This document shows positions 49,954 to 60,131 of a stretch of 64,000 nt of DNA, in pieces (position 1 is the first letter of the stretch; each line of letters starts with the position of its first letter). The notes under the pieces were generated by a model. That model worked only from the letters and a program-made list of their open reading frames with translations. It made no database searches and was not told where the DNA came from. A program made the translations under genes and the position numbers. This DNA is from an uncultured Nitrospiraceae bacterium (lineage in GTDB: Bacteria; Nitrospirota; Nitrospiria; Nitrospirales; Nitrospiraceae), in the NCBI GenBank assembly GCA_963706325.1, contig CAVPLT010000001.1, positions 800,001-864,000 of the forward strand, written 5' to 3'.

Positions 49954-51407
49954 TGGCTAGGTCGAAAGTCGGCGCCGGACGCGCGCGTAAGTCTTCTCGA
50001 TCCACTCAAGGAACCGCTCGTGCATTGCCCAAAGGGAAGGCCTGGGGCGGCCGGTTTGCTGAGCAAACCGATCGTCTGGTAGAGCAGTTCACCTCCTCGT
50101 TGGCCTACGACCAACGGTTGTATCCCTATGATATCCAGGGCAGCGTCGCACACTGTAAAACGCTCGAACGAGCAGGAGTCTTCACGGCTCGCGAGTCGGC
50201 CGGGTTGGTGCGCGGATTGCAGACTGTGAAGGCAGAGCTGGATGGAGGGCGATTTCATTTCTCGCCGCAAGATGAAGACATACATATGGCGATTGAACGC
50301 CGGCTGACCGAACTAATCGGCCCGCTGGGTGGGAAGTTGCACACCGGGCGAAGCCGCAACGACCAGGTGGCGCTGGACTTGCGTTTGTTTTTGCGAGACG
50401 TGTTATCGACCGTGATGGGGCAGATCCAAGAGTTTCGGCGGGTGTTGGTGGCGCAGGCGCGCGCGCATCTGGATGTCGTCATGCCAGGCTACACGCACTT
50501 GCAGCGCGCTCAGCCGGTCTTGTTGGCCCATCACTTCTTGGCGTATGTTGAAATGTTGGATCGGGATCGGGGACGCCTCCATGATTGCCGGGAACGGCTT
50601 AACGTGATGCCGTTAGGGTCCGGGGCGTTGGCAGGGTCAAACTATCCAGTCGACCGGCGATACACAGCTGCACTGCTGGCGTTTCCCGCGATCACTCAGA
50701 ATAGTCTGGATGCCGTGTCCGATCGCGACGGCGTGGTTGAAGCGCTGAGCGCGTTGTCCTTGATCATGATGCACCTTTCGCGTCTGAGCGAAGAGCTGAT
50801 TCTCTGGGCCTCGCAAGAGTTCCACTACGTGGATTTGCCCGACACCTTCTGTACCGGCAGTAGCATGATGCCGCAAAAAAAGAATCCCGACGTACCGGAG
50901 TTGGTCCGTGGAAAGACGGGGCGGGTGTATGGTCACCTGATGGGCACGTTAACCCTCCTCAAGGGCCTACCCCTGAGTTACAATCGCGATCTGCAGGAAG
51001 ATAAGGAAGCGCTCTTCGACGCTGTGGACACGACGCAGCAATCGCTGGCTCTCTGCACCGAATTGATTCGACGATTGGTCGTCAATCAGGCGGTTCTTGC
51101 TGAGGCTGCCGAGGGCGGTGGCATGCTCGCGACGGAACTCGCGGATTACCTTGTAAAGAAAGGGGTCCCTTTCCGAGAGGCCCATTCCATTACCGGAAAT
51201 ATTGTGCGATCCTCACTTGAGCGCCATCGACCGCTTCAGCAGTTTACGGTGGCGGAGTTGCGAGTCTTTTCGCGGCATTTCGACCAAGATGTGCTGGAGT
51301 GCCTTACCGTGCAGGGGGCGATCGATCGCAAGCGCCAAATCGGAGGCACGGCGCGACGTCTCGTCGAGGCGCGTATCAAGGAGCTTGAGAAAGCGTTGAA
51401 GGGATGA
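49950..51407 (+). CDS. argH: Argininosuccinate lyase
   Basis: [32 protein letters not shown]. Confidence 0.97.
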   Translation: MMARSKVGAGRARKSSRSTQGTARALPKGKAWGGRFAEQTDRLVEQFTSSLAYDQRLYPYDIQGSVAHCKTLERAGVFTARESAGLVRGLQTVKAELDGGRFHFSPQDEDIHMAIERRLTELIGPLGGKLHTGRSRNDQVALDLRLFLRDVLSTVMGQIQEFRRVLVAQARAHLDVVMPGYTHLQRAQPVLLAHHFLAYVEMLDRDRGRLHDCRERLNVMPLGSGALAGSNYPVDRRYTAALLAFPAITQNSLDAVSDRDGVVEALSALSLIMMHLSRLSEELILWASQEFHYVDLPDTFCTGSSMMPQKKNPDVPELVRGKTGRVYGHLMGTLTLLKGLPLSYNRDLQEDKEALFDAVDTTQQSLALCTELIRRLVVNQAVLAEAAEGGGMLATELADYLVKKGVPFREAHSITGNIVRSSLERHRPLQQFTVAELRVFSRHFDQDVLECLTVQGAIDRKRQIGGTARRLVEARIKELEKALKG

Positions 51408-51700
51408 TGCCGGTCTGGCGAGCTGGGGTCAGCGTTCGCGCCGCCGGCGTGGCGCTGGTGCTTCTGAACGTGCTTGGATGTGGTGTGCTGGGTGCGCCGA
51501 TTCCTCCGGAAGACGTCGGGGTGGCCCCGGTGATTGAGCGGCAATTGAGACGTGAGGGGCTTCTGCCTCGTGGATCGACCATCTGGGGCACGGCTTCGAG
51601 GCCAAATGCTCCGAGCGGAATCACCATTGAAGAAGTTTTGATCCCCCTGGACCAAGCCCCATTGCCGACTCCGCCGTTGAGGGAGATGGGGACGCGATAA
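51404..51700 (+). CDS. Small proline-rich lipoprotein between argH and lysA
   Basis: Lipobox VLGC followed by GVLGAPIPP; ATGA overlap with argH. Confidence 0.75.
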   Translation: MMPVWRAGVSVRAAGVALVLLNVLGCGVLGAPIPPEDVGVAPVIERQLRREGLLPRGSTIWGTASRPNAPSGITIEEVLIPLDQAPLPTPPLREMGTR

Positions 51701-51814
51701 GGGCATGGTAAGAGTGGCAGGGACAGACGTGGTGCCCTCGTTATTGATGAAGAGAATACGAACTTCGATGGGTGCTTGTTGCGGATATGAAATTTTTGAC
51801 CGAGGTACGAGAAG

Positions 51815-53077
51815 ATGAATGATTTCCACTATCGGGAGGGCGAACTCTATTGTGAGGACGTGCCACTCTCGCGCATTGTGAAAGAGGTCGGAACTCCGTG
51901 CTACGTCTATAGCCATCACACGCTCGTTCGGCACTTTCGCGTGTATGACCGAGCGTTCGGGAATATTCCGCATATCGTCGCCTTTGCAATGAAAGCCAAT
52001 TCAAACTTAGCCGTCCTTCGCCTCATGGCCAAGGAAGGTAGCGGAGTGGATATCGTCTCTGGGGGGGAACTTTTTCGTGCCCTCAAGGCCGGAGTGCCTG
52101 CTTCGAAAATCGTATTCGCGGGTGTGGGGAAGAAACCAGACGAAATACGTGATGCGTTAAAGGCGGATATTCTAATGTTCAATGTGGAGTCTTCGGCGGA
52201 GCTGTATGCCATCAACGACGTGGCGGCATCTGTTGGAGTCAAGGCGCGGGTCGCCCTGCGGATCAATCCCGACATTGACCCCAAGACCCATCCATATATC
52301 TCGACCGGTTTAAAAAAGAGCAAGTTCGGGATCGCTGCCGATCGTGGGCTCGAAGAGTTCAAAGTGGCCGCATCATTCAGCCATATCGAGGTGGTCGGCC
52401 TGCATGCGCACATCGGGTCACAATTGACGGATGTCACGCCTTTTGTTGCAGCGCTAAAAAAAGTGCTGGCCATGGTGCAGACCTTGACGGAACAAGGGAT
52501 TCCAATTCGCTACCTCAACATTGGGGGTGGTCTTGGCATCACGTACTCGGATGAAACTCCGCCCGAGCCGAAGGACTTAGCAGACGCAATCTCTCCGCTC
52601 GTGCGCGATTTGAAATGTGTCCTTATCATGGAGCCCGGCCGGGTGATCGTCGGTAATGCCGGTGTGTTGGTCACAAAGGTGCTCTATACGAAAGATGGAG
52701 AGGCCAAGCGCTTCTTGATCGTGGACGCAGCGATGAACGATTTGATTCGCCCTAGCCTGTACGATGCGTACCACGATATTCGACCGCTCTCCGAAACAGT
52801 GACGCATGCAGCGAAGAAGACCGTTGATGTCGTGGGGCCCGTCTGTGAATCGGGAGATTTTTTGGCGAAGGATCGCGTCATGCCGGACATGAATGCAGGT
52901 GATTTGATGGCGGTGATGAGTGCGGGGGCCTACGGGTTTGTGATGTCCTCGAACTACAATTCTCGACCGCGCGTGCCGGAGGTGCTAGTGCACGAGGGGC
53001 AGATCCATGTCATTCGATCGCGTGAAACTTATGAGGATTTGGTACGAGGCGAGCAGATACCGGCGTTTCTTTCCTAG
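51815..53077 (+). CDS. lysA: Diaminopimelate decarboxylase
   Basis: AMKAN, SKFG, HIGSQ, EPGR, GPVCESGD, MSSNYN. Confidence 0.97.
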   Translation: MNDFHYREGELYCEDVPLSRIVKEVGTPCYVYSHHTLVRHFRVYDRAFGNIPHIVAFAMKANSNLAVLRLMAKEGSGVDIVSGGELFRALKAGVPASKIVFAGVGKKPDEIRDALKADILMFNVESSAELYAINDVAASVGVKARVALRINPDIDPKTHPYISTGLKKSKFGIAADRGLEEFKVAASFSHIEVVGLHAHIGSQLTDVTPFVAALKKVLAMVQTLTEQGIPIRYLNIGGGLGITYSDETPPEPKDLADAISPLVRDLKCVLIMEPGRVIVGNAGVLVTKVLYTKDGEAKRFLIVDAAMNDLIRPSLYDAYHDIRPLSETVTHAAKKTVDVVGPVCESGDFLAKDRVMPDMNAGDLMAVMSAGAYGFVMSSNYNSRPRVPEVLVHEGQIHVIRSRETYEDLVRGEQIPAFLS

Positions 53078-53113
53078 ACTCGTCCTTTAATTGTCATCCT
53101 GATGGAGTGTCCC

Positions 53114-53986
53114 ATGTTCACAGGTTCGTTGGTTGCCATTGTCACGCCGTTTAAAAACGGAAAACTCGACGAGCGAGCGTTCGGCGACCTTATTGAGTGG
53201 CAGATTGGCAGCGGTACTCATGGGATTGTTCCCTGCGGAACCACTGGGGAATCCGCCACGTTGACTCACGCCGAGCACGATCGTGTCGTGACCTTTGCTG
53301 TGGAGGCCGTCAGAGGCCGTATTCCAGTTGTGGCCGGGACGGGGTCCAATAGTACCGAAGAAGCCATTGCTTTGACCAAACACGCCAAAGCTGCCGGGGT
53401 GGATGGAGCCCTACTGATCACGCCCTATTACAACAAGCCCACGCAAGAAGGTCTGTTTCTTCATTACAAGGCGGTTGCGGAAGCCGTGGATCTGCCTCTC
53501 GTACTTTATAATATTCCAGGACGAACCGGCGTGAATATGTTGCCGAGCACCGTTGCGCGCCTGACAGCATGCCGGACTATTGTCGCTGTCAAGGAAGGAA
53601 GCGGCTCGGTTCAACAGGCATCTGAAATCATTCAGCTCTGTGGCGCGCGCCTGACAGTGCTGGCAGGAGATGATGCCTTGACCTTGCCGATAATGGCTCT
53701 GGGGGGCAAGGGGGTCATCACCGTTACGGCAAATCTGCTTCCTCGGGAAATGGCCGAGTTGGTGAATGCGTTTCTCGCCGGACGCGTGGAGGCTGCACGC
53801 GCGATGCACTATCAACTCTCCCCGCTCTTTACGGCGTTATTCTATGAGACCAATCCCATTCCTGTGAAGGAAGCGCTACACATGATGGGCAAAATCGAGA
53901 GCGAAATGCGTTTGCCGCTCTGTCCAATGAGCCAAGACAACAGAGTGAAACTTCTTCATGTAATGAAAGAAGCCGGACTGGTGTAA
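53114..53986 (+). CDS. dapA: 4-hydroxy-tetrahydrodipicolinate synthase
   Basis: GTTGES, PYYNKP, YNIPGRT, KE, NPIPVK. Confidence 0.97.
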   Translation: MFTGSLVAIVTPFKNGKLDERAFGDLIEWQIGSGTHGIVPCGTTGESATLTHAEHDRVVTFAVEAVRGRIPVVAGTGSNSTEEAIALTKHAKAAGVDGALLITPYYNKPTQEGLFLHYKAVAEAVDLPLVLYNIPGRTGVNMLPSTVARLTACRTIVAVKEGSGSVQQASEIIQLCGARLTVLAGDDALTLPIMALGGKGVITVTANLLPREMAELVNAFLAGRVEAARAMHYQLSPLFTALFYETNPIPVKEALHMMGKIESEMRLPLCPMSQDNRVKLLHVMKEAGLV

Positions 53987-54016
53987 CCAGGTCTGTTGCT
54001 GCCAAAGGCTGTTGTA

Positions 54017-54820
54017 ATGATTAAAGTTGTGGTGACCGGGGCCGCTGGGCGCATGGGATCTCGCCTTGTGGCGTTGGTAAAAGATTCGGCGTTTCTGACA
54101 CTTGCGGGTGCAGTGGAGAGCCAGGGGCACCATGCCGTGGGTGAGGATGCCGGTGAAGTCGCTGGCTGTGGGCGAACCGGCGTGTTGATTACGGACGATC
54201 TTTCCAGGGCAATGGAGCGTGGTGAGGTGGTAGTCGATTTTACAACGCCTTCGGCGACGCTTGGGCATTTGGGCATCGTGGCTCAGCACAGGCGGGGAAT
54301 TGTGGTTGGAACGACAGGTTTTTCCCCTTTGGAGTTGGACGGACTGCGGCAATTTTCTCAACAAATTCCCTGCGTGTTCTCTCCCAACATGAGCGTAGGT
54401 GTCAATGTGATGTATGAAGTCATTGCGGAAATGGCTAAGACGCTCGGCGAAGACTATGACATTGAAGTGATTGAAGCGCATCATCGTCTCAAGAAGGATG
54501 CCCCGAGCGGCACCGCTTTGAAAATAGCGGAAGTGCTTGCTCGTGCAGTCAGCCGAGATCTTGAGCAGGTTGGTGTATACAGCCGAAAGGGACTTATAGG
54601 TGAGCGGAAAAGGGGAGAGATTGGGATTCAAACTATACGCGCAGGTGACATAGTTGGAGACCACACAGTTATGTTTGCAGCACTCGGCGAACGCATCGAG
54701 GTTACTCACCGCGCCAGTAGCCGTGATACATTTGCTCGCGGAGCCTTACGCGCTGCACGATGGGTTGTCAGGCAACCTGCAGGCCTTTACGATATGGCGG
54801 ATGTCTTGAGCCTCAAGTAA
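54017..54820 (+). CDS. dapB: 4-hydroxy-tetrahydrodipicolinate reductase
   Basis: GAAGRMG, GTTG, EAHHRLKKDAPSGTA. Confidence 0.97.
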   Translation: MIKVVVTGAAGRMGSRLVALVKDSAFLTLAGAVESQGHHAVGEDAGEVAGCGRTGVLITDDLSRAMERGEVVVDFTTPSATLGHLGIVAQHRRGIVVGTTGFSPLELDGLRQFSQQIPCVFSPNMSVGVNVMYEVIAEMAKTLGEDYDIEVIEAHHRLKKDAPSGTALKIAEVLARAVSRDLEQVGVYSRKGLIGERKRGEIGIQTIRAGDIVGDHTVMFAALGERIEVTHRASSRDTFARGALRAARWVVRQPAGLYDMADVLSLK

Positions 54821-55109
54821 TTCCCGCAGGTTGTATCCATGGGCGACTTATGGAGGCGATGGGTAGAGGCCGACCCGAAATGCAAGTGAGTGATGGTCTC
54901 GGCTTATGTTTCAACTCCAGCTTGTGAAATAGTGAACTAATGATGAATCAAGCGTCGAGTCTCTAGGCTGGTCTGTTGGACATCGGGGGAGTAGGGAAGC
55001 GGCAAGGGAATCTGAACTCAGGACTGTATAGCAATCCTGAATTCACATAATAGAGGTTGCCAGCTCATTGCAGACGATCGCACTCTGAAGTTTTGTAATC
55101 GTCGAGGCG

Positions 55110-55262
55110 CTAATGTCGCGAGGTGATCGGTCTCGGTTCTGCATCTGCTGCTTTTCGTCGTCCACAGTTTAGGCAGGCAAGCACTGTGATCGCTAAACCA
55201 GCATTGAGGTCAACCGCCCGCTCAGGCAACATCGTTCCGCGGCATTTGTCACATTTATGCAT
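55110..55262 (-). CDS. Small Cys4 zinc-ribbon-like protein
   Basis: MHKCDKCRGTMLPER...CLNCG; same pattern as 12152-12340. Confidence 0.6.
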   Translation of the reverse strand: MHKCDKCRGTMLPERAVDLNAGLAITVLACLNCGRRKAADAEPRPITSRH

Positions 55263-55483
55263 GTAGGGCTTATAACATCGCGTTGTATGAGAAACCATCC
55301 ATCTGAAGTACTGTTTAATACTGGTAAAAAGCCCTTGTGGGCACAAAGGTACCTAGGCCATTTGGTCCTATCGTTGCCCGTTAGTCCCTTGTCTCTTATT
55401 ACAGAAAAAAATGAGCAAGCCTTTTATTATAATGGTTACCTGAAAGACCGCTATAGATTGGGGGGCATCTAAGGTGGGACGCT

Positions 55484-55756
55484 ATGTATAGAGTGATTGT
55501 AATATCGCTGTTGTTGGCGCTCACTTATTATCTTATCCGGAAGGCAGTCCTCAAGCAAAAGGAGACCGGTGGATGGCTTAGTCAGGAAAAGGGTCGTGAC
55601 CGAGGAAATCAGATGGTACAAGATCCCGTTTGTCGAGTTTTTGTTCCTCGTGCGAATGCAGTACAGGAAGATATCGGAGGGCAGACGTACTTTTTTTGTA
55701 GCGCAGGGTGTGCGAAGGCATTCCAGAAACAACTCTCGAATCAACAACCGGAGTAG
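55484..55756 (+). CDS. Membrane-anchored YHS/TRASH-domain protein
   Basis: N-terminal TM; DPVC...YFFCSAGC metal-binding motif. Confidence 0.85.
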   Translation: MYRVIVISLLLALTYYLIRKAVLKQKETGGWLSQEKGRDRGNQMVQDPVCRVFVPRANAVQEDIGGQTYFFCSAGCAKAFQKQLSNQQPE

Positions 55757-56058
55757 TTCGAGTCGGACACAATTTCGTCCCTGTCAAAGAACAGAATCAT
55801 CTGGCATTCGGTCGCTTTAAAGTTAAATAACAGCGGGCCCCCTTTCCCACCTGCAATTCGGTTGTATGTCCACTTTTCCCCACCAAAGAATCGAGCGCTC
55901 CGAGCGTCGGGTGAGCCCAATTCCTTTTCAATCCACGCCTTGTCCTTTCCTTGATAACGAGTCAAAGAGGCATCCAAATAGGGGTTGTGACTGCAAGCGG
56001 ATCCGACGAAGCCTATAGCTAATAGCCAAGGTAATGTACGCATGCCGAGTCTCCTCAT
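55741..56058 (-). CDS. Small lipoprotein (SmpA/BamE-like pattern)
   Basis: Lipobox GSAC; KAWIEKELGSPD...WTY...FDRDEIV. Confidence 0.7.
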   Translation of the reverse strand: MRRLGMRTLPWLLAIGFVGSACSHNPYLDASLTRYQGKDKAWIEKELGSPDARSARFFGGEKWTYNRIAGGKGGPLLFNFKATECQMILFFDRDEIVSDSNYSGC

Positions 56059-56236
56059 GACGCACAAATCATTGTGTTCGAAAAATCACATGCTCCGTAG
56101 TGGAATTAGTGACAATCGTACTCTGTATCAAACGAATGTACCACGTAAATGGTTGACGGGTTGCCTTGTTATTGAGTACCACCTAGAATATAGATCGTAG
56201 GTTAATGGTGAAAGCGCAATAAGAAAGGATAGCTTC

Positions 56237-56896
56237 ATGAAACTCTATCTTGACACGGCCAATGTAAAGGAAATCCAAGAGGGGGCAAGCCTTGGCCTCA
56301 TCGATGGCGTTACAACCAATCCATCACTCGTGGCCAGAGAAGGCGGCAGTTTTAAAGACATGCTCCTGGAAATTTGCAAAATGGTCGACGGTCCAATCAG
56401 TGCCGAGGTGGTTGGTATCGAATCCGAAGGGATGATTAAAGAAGGCCGCGAACTGGCCAAGATTCACAAAAATATCGTGGTGAAGGTTCCACTTATTCCT
56501 GAGGGGCTTCGCGCAACCAAAAAGCTTTCAGCCGAAGGCATTCGAGTGAATGTGACCTTGTGCTTTTCGCCTACCCAAGCACTCTTGGCGGCCAAGGCGG
56601 GGGCTTGGTGTGTCTCGCCCTTTATTGGTCGCCTGGACGACATCAGTTCGGATGGAATGGAATTGATTCGGCAGATCGTGACGATCTACGACAATTACGA
56701 TTACAAAACCCAGGTTCTAGTAGCAAGTGTGCGGCATCCCCAGCACGTTGTAGAGGCGGCCCTGGCCGGCGGGCATATTTGCACCATGCCCTATTCAGTA
56801 TTTCAGCAACTTGTGAAACATCCGCTAACCGATATTGGTTTGAAGAAGTTTCTTGCTGATTGGGACGCGATGGGGAAAAAAGTCACAGGCTCCTGA
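56237..56896 (+). CDS. fsa: Fructose-6-phosphate aldolase / short transaldolase
   Basis: [38 protein letters not shown]. Confidence 0.93.
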   Translation: MKLYLDTANVKEIQEGASLGLIDGVTTNPSLVAREGGSFKDMLLEICKMVDGPISAEVVGIESEGMIKEGRELAKIHKNIVVKVPLIPEGLRATKKLSAEGIRVNVTLCFSPTQALLAAKAGAWCVSPFIGRLDDISSDGMELIRQIVTIYDNYDYKTQVLVASVRHPQHVVEAALAGGHICTMPYSVFQQLVKHPLTDIGLKKFLADWDAMGKKVTGS

Positions 56897-56909
56897 GAGG
56901 GACTGGACT

Positions 56910-57599
56910 TTACGAAGTGGTCGATAGTCGACATTTTGCCTCGAAGAAAATCCGATGGAACATCGCTCGAGTCAGCTTGCCGGTGAAGGTATTTTGCTGG
57001 CTCGGATGGTAAGACCCGATTAAAGTTACTCCCGAGGGCAATACACACGTCGCCCCATGACCAAATTGGGGGCGTGGATGGGGGAGCTCATCCCCCAATT
57101 CACGAATAGCTTTTTGATACTGATCAAACGCAATCTTGCCCAGTGTCACAACCACCCGTACTCGCCGCAATTCCCGCAGTTCGCCTAAAACGAACGGCCG
57201 ACAAGCCGTGAATTCATCGAGCGTCGGCTTATTGGCCGGAGGTGCACATCGCACGGACGCGCCGATATAGCAATCGGCAAGTGTGAGGCCATCATTCCTG
57301 TGAGTGGAAGTCGCCTGATTCGCGAACCCGAATCGATACAACGCTTCGTAGAGCCAATCCCCACTTCGATCCCCAGTAAAAATGCGTCCGGTTCGATTTC
57401 CGCCGTGCGCAGCTGGGGCGAGCCCCAGGATATATAGTCTGGCATGCGGATCTCCAAAGCCAGGAATTGGCTTGCCCCAATAGGAGCAATCCCGGTATTG
57501 CCGTCGCTTATTCCGAGCAACGGCTTCTCGGTAGGTGACTAGTCGCGGGCAGCGCATACAGCTGATAATTTCCGCGTTGAGCTTCGCGAGCGCGATCAT
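56910..57599 (-). CDS. Uracil-DNA glycosylase family 5 (UdgB-like, Fe-S)
   Basis: CMRCPRL, GLAPAAHGGNRTGRIFTGD, RCAPP, HPSQQN. Confidence 0.92.
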   Translation of the reverse strand: MIALAKLNAEIISCMRCPRLVTYREAVARNKRRQYRDCSYWGKPIPGFGDPHARLYILGLAPAAHGGNRTGRIFTGDRSGDWLYEALYRFGFANQATSTHRNDGLTLADCYIGASVRCAPPANKPTLDEFTACRPFVLGELRELRRVRVVVTLGKIAFDQYQKAIRELGDELPHPRPQFGHGATCVLPSGVTLIGSYHPSQQNTFTGKLTRAMFHRIFFEAKCRLSTTS

Positions 57600-57688
57600 G
57601 ATGCGTGAGTGTATCAAACCCACGAGTTGCTTGTCCTGCAGAGACCTTATTGATAGCATGGCCTCTCAGCTGAGACGAAAGGGATGAC

Positions 57689-58768
57689 ATGGGTAGGAAT
57701 GATCGGGTTATGCGGACCGTCGGAATGTGTTTCAGGGGCGCGCTGGGGCTTGCGATGTTGGCTGTTGTATTGCCCTCACAGCCGGATGCCACGGCCTCGG
57801 CTCAGACCAGGTTACATGATGTATCCAGTTTGCCAGAGCCGGACGGAGCTGTGACTCCCCTGGTGGGTGAGTCAGAGGTTGCATCCGAGCTAGAAGATCG
57901 GCTGGTGATACTTCCTGAAATTAAAAGGGATGGGGAGAGATTTTTCTTGAGCTCGTTCAAGTTGCCCGACAAGCTGACCTTCGCCGGTCAATCGGTTCCT
58001 TTGGATAATTGGCAAGTACGGGAGCGTGTCGAATACGAGTTCTATCAATTTCTCGAGGACCAGGGTGAAAGCATTATCCTGGCAAAACGGACTGGCCGTT
58101 GTTTTGCGCCTGCTGAAAAGCAACTGGCCGATGCCGGGTTGCCGGATGACTTGAAATACATGTTGCTTGTCGAGAGTAAATGTATTGCCGCCGCCTATTC
58201 TCGGGCCAAAGCGTCCGGACCCTGGCAATTCATCAATTCCACCGGACGACGATACAAATTGCATAATGAACGGTGGCTGGATGAACGGCGCAACCTCGAA
58301 ATGTCCACCGAAGCAGCCATCAAGTACCTGCGCTATCTACGGGACCTGCAGCAAGGGGACTGGTTCCTTGCAATGGCGTCCTACAATGCTGGGGAGGATC
58401 GCGTTCGGAAGTTGATCAAAGAGCAGAATGTCAGTGACTTCTGGCACATGCATGGTCCGCGAGAGACCATGCGATACGTGGCGCGGATCATTGCGGCGAA
58501 AGAAATCTACTCTCAGCCTGAAAGATATCTGGGTTTGACCAAGAAAGATCTCTACCCTCCCCTTGAAACGGAAACCGTGACGGTAACGATCAAGGAAACG
58601 CAACGGCGTCTCACATTGATCGCTCAGGAGTATGGTACCTACTTTCTTGAATTGAAAATGCTCAATCCCGAATTTACGAAGGACTACTTGCCAAAGGGAA
58701 CCTACCAGGTTAAGGTACCGCGACAGACCTGTCCGAATCGCTGCTTCAAACAAGACAAATTGCCGTAG
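57689..58768 (+). CDS. Lytic transglycosylase (SLT/MltD-like)
   Basis: LVES, ASGPWQF, AMASYNAG, ETMRYV; N-terminal signal. Confidence 0.9.
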   Translation: MGRNDRVMRTVGMCFRGALGLAMLAVVLPSQPDATASAQTRLHDVSSLPEPDGAVTPLVGESEVASELEDRLVILPEIKRDGERFFLSSFKLPDKLTFAGQSVPLDNWQVRERVEYEFYQFLEDQGESIILAKRTGRCFAPAEKQLADAGLPDDLKYMLLVESKCIAAAYSRAKASGPWQFINSTGRRYKLHNERWLDERRNLEMSTEAAIKYLRYLRDLQQGDWFLAMASYNAGEDRVRKLIKEQNVSDFWHMHGPRETMRYVARIIAAKEIYSQPERYLGLTKKDLYPPLETETVTVTIKETQRRLTLIAQEYGTYFLELKMLNPEFTKDYLPKGTYQVKVPRQTCPNRCFKQDKLP

Positions 58769-58773
58769 TTCGT

Positions 58774-60114
58774 ATGATCAAAGTCGGCGTCTCGCAGCGT
58801 GGAACACGCGCCCTCCTCACAAGGCTGTTCCAGGCGGCATTGGAGGCCGTCGATCCTTACGAGACCGTATGCCGTCAGGTTCGCTTGCGGCGCGGCCAGC
58901 TCTCCATCGGCGCTCAGCATTATTCGCTTCAGCCAAAAGATCGAATTGTGGTCGTGGGGGCGGGCAAGGCTTCGGCCCGAATGGCACAGGCGTTAGAGCG
59001 TCAAGTGGGGCCGAGGATCGAGACCGGGCTCGTGGTGGTGAAGTACGGTCACGGCGCGCCGACGCAGAGGATTCGTATCGTAGAAGCCGGTCATCCTGTG
59101 CCGGATGCAGCAGGGATCCGGGCCAGTCACATGATGATGGCCCTGATCGGGAGGCTGAAGCCGAACGATCTGTTGATCGTGCTCCTGTCCGGTGGAGCGT
59201 CGAGTCTCCTCCCGTCACCCCCGGCAGGCATCAGCCTCAAGGACAAACAGCAGACCACCAAGTTGTTACTGCGCTCCGGCGCAACTATTCAGGAAATGAA
59301 TGCAGTCCGCAAGCATCTGTCGCGTGTGAAGGGCGGGCAACTTGCCGCCGCTACTCCTGCGCGTGTGGCGAGTGTCATCCTGTCGGACGTGATTGGAAAT
59401 GATCTCGGGACGATCGGGTCCGGTCCAACCGCACCGGATCCCACGACATTTCGTGAGGCCTGGACGATCTTGGAGCGATACGGGGTATCCACACGTGTTC
59501 CGATGCCCGTGCGACGGCGAATGGAGGCGGGCCTCAATAATTCTGTGGCGGAAACACCCAAAGCCGGCGACGCGCTCTTTCGTCGAGTGCAGAATGTGCT
59601 CATCGGCGATAATCAGGCCGCAGTCGATGCCGTTGCGCGGTGTGCGAAGGAGCAGGGGCTCCATACGTTGGTTCTCTCGACCACCGTGACGGGCGAAGCC
59701 CGAGAAATCGCCAAATTATTCGGTGCGATGGCACGGGAAATCGTGGCACATGGACGGCCCTCCCGGCGCCCCTGCTGCCTGGTTGCAGGGGGGGAAACCA
59801 CAGTGACGATGCGAGGCCAGGGGCAGGGTGGGCGAGCCCAGGAGTTCGCATTGGCCGCGGCACTGGAAATTGCAGGGTTACCGAAGGTGTGGGTGGCCGG
59901 TTTCGCCACAGACGGCACGGACGGGCCGACCCCCGTCGCAGGGGCGGTCGTGAATGGTGAGACTGTGGCGCGGGCGGAACGCGGTAAGTTGGATCTGATC
60001 GGCGCGCTTCAGGCGAACGATGCCTACCCTGTCTTCAAGAAACTCAACGGCCATATCATGACCGGACCCACCGGGACCAACGTGAACGATCTTTACGTCC
60101 TCCTCGCGCTCTAG
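58774..60114 (+). CDS. Glycerate kinase type 2 (MOFRL family)
   Basis: GAGKAS, AGHPVPD, SGGASSL, GGETTV, TDGTDG, TGTNVND. Confidence 0.93.
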   Translation: MIKVGVSQRGTRALLTRLFQAALEAVDPYETVCRQVRLRRGQLSIGAQHYSLQPKDRIVVVGAGKASARMAQALERQVGPRIETGLVVVKYGHGAPTQRIRIVEAGHPVPDAAGIRASHMMMALIGRLKPNDLLIVLLSGGASSLLPSPPAGISLKDKQQTTKLLLRSGATIQEMNAVRKHLSRVKGGQLAAATPARVASVILSDVIGNDLGTIGSGPTAPDPTTFREAWTILERYGVSTRVPMPVRRRMEAGLNNSVAETPKAGDALFRRVQNVLIGDNQAAVDAVARCAKEQGLHTLVLSTTVTGEAREIAKLFGAMAREIVAHGRPSRRPCCLVAGGETTVTMRGQGQGGRAQEFALAAALEIAGLPKVWVAGFATDGTDGPTPVAGAVVNGETVARAERGKLDLIGALQANDAYPVFKKLNGHIMTGPTGTNVNDLYVLLAL

Positions 60115-60131
60115 GTATCATCTCTGTTCAT

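Noticed and set aside
54821..55109. Lysine riboswitch or other ncRNA after dapB
   Set aside because: It lies downstream of the lysine genes, and only one imperfect hairpin (~55013-55046) is evident.
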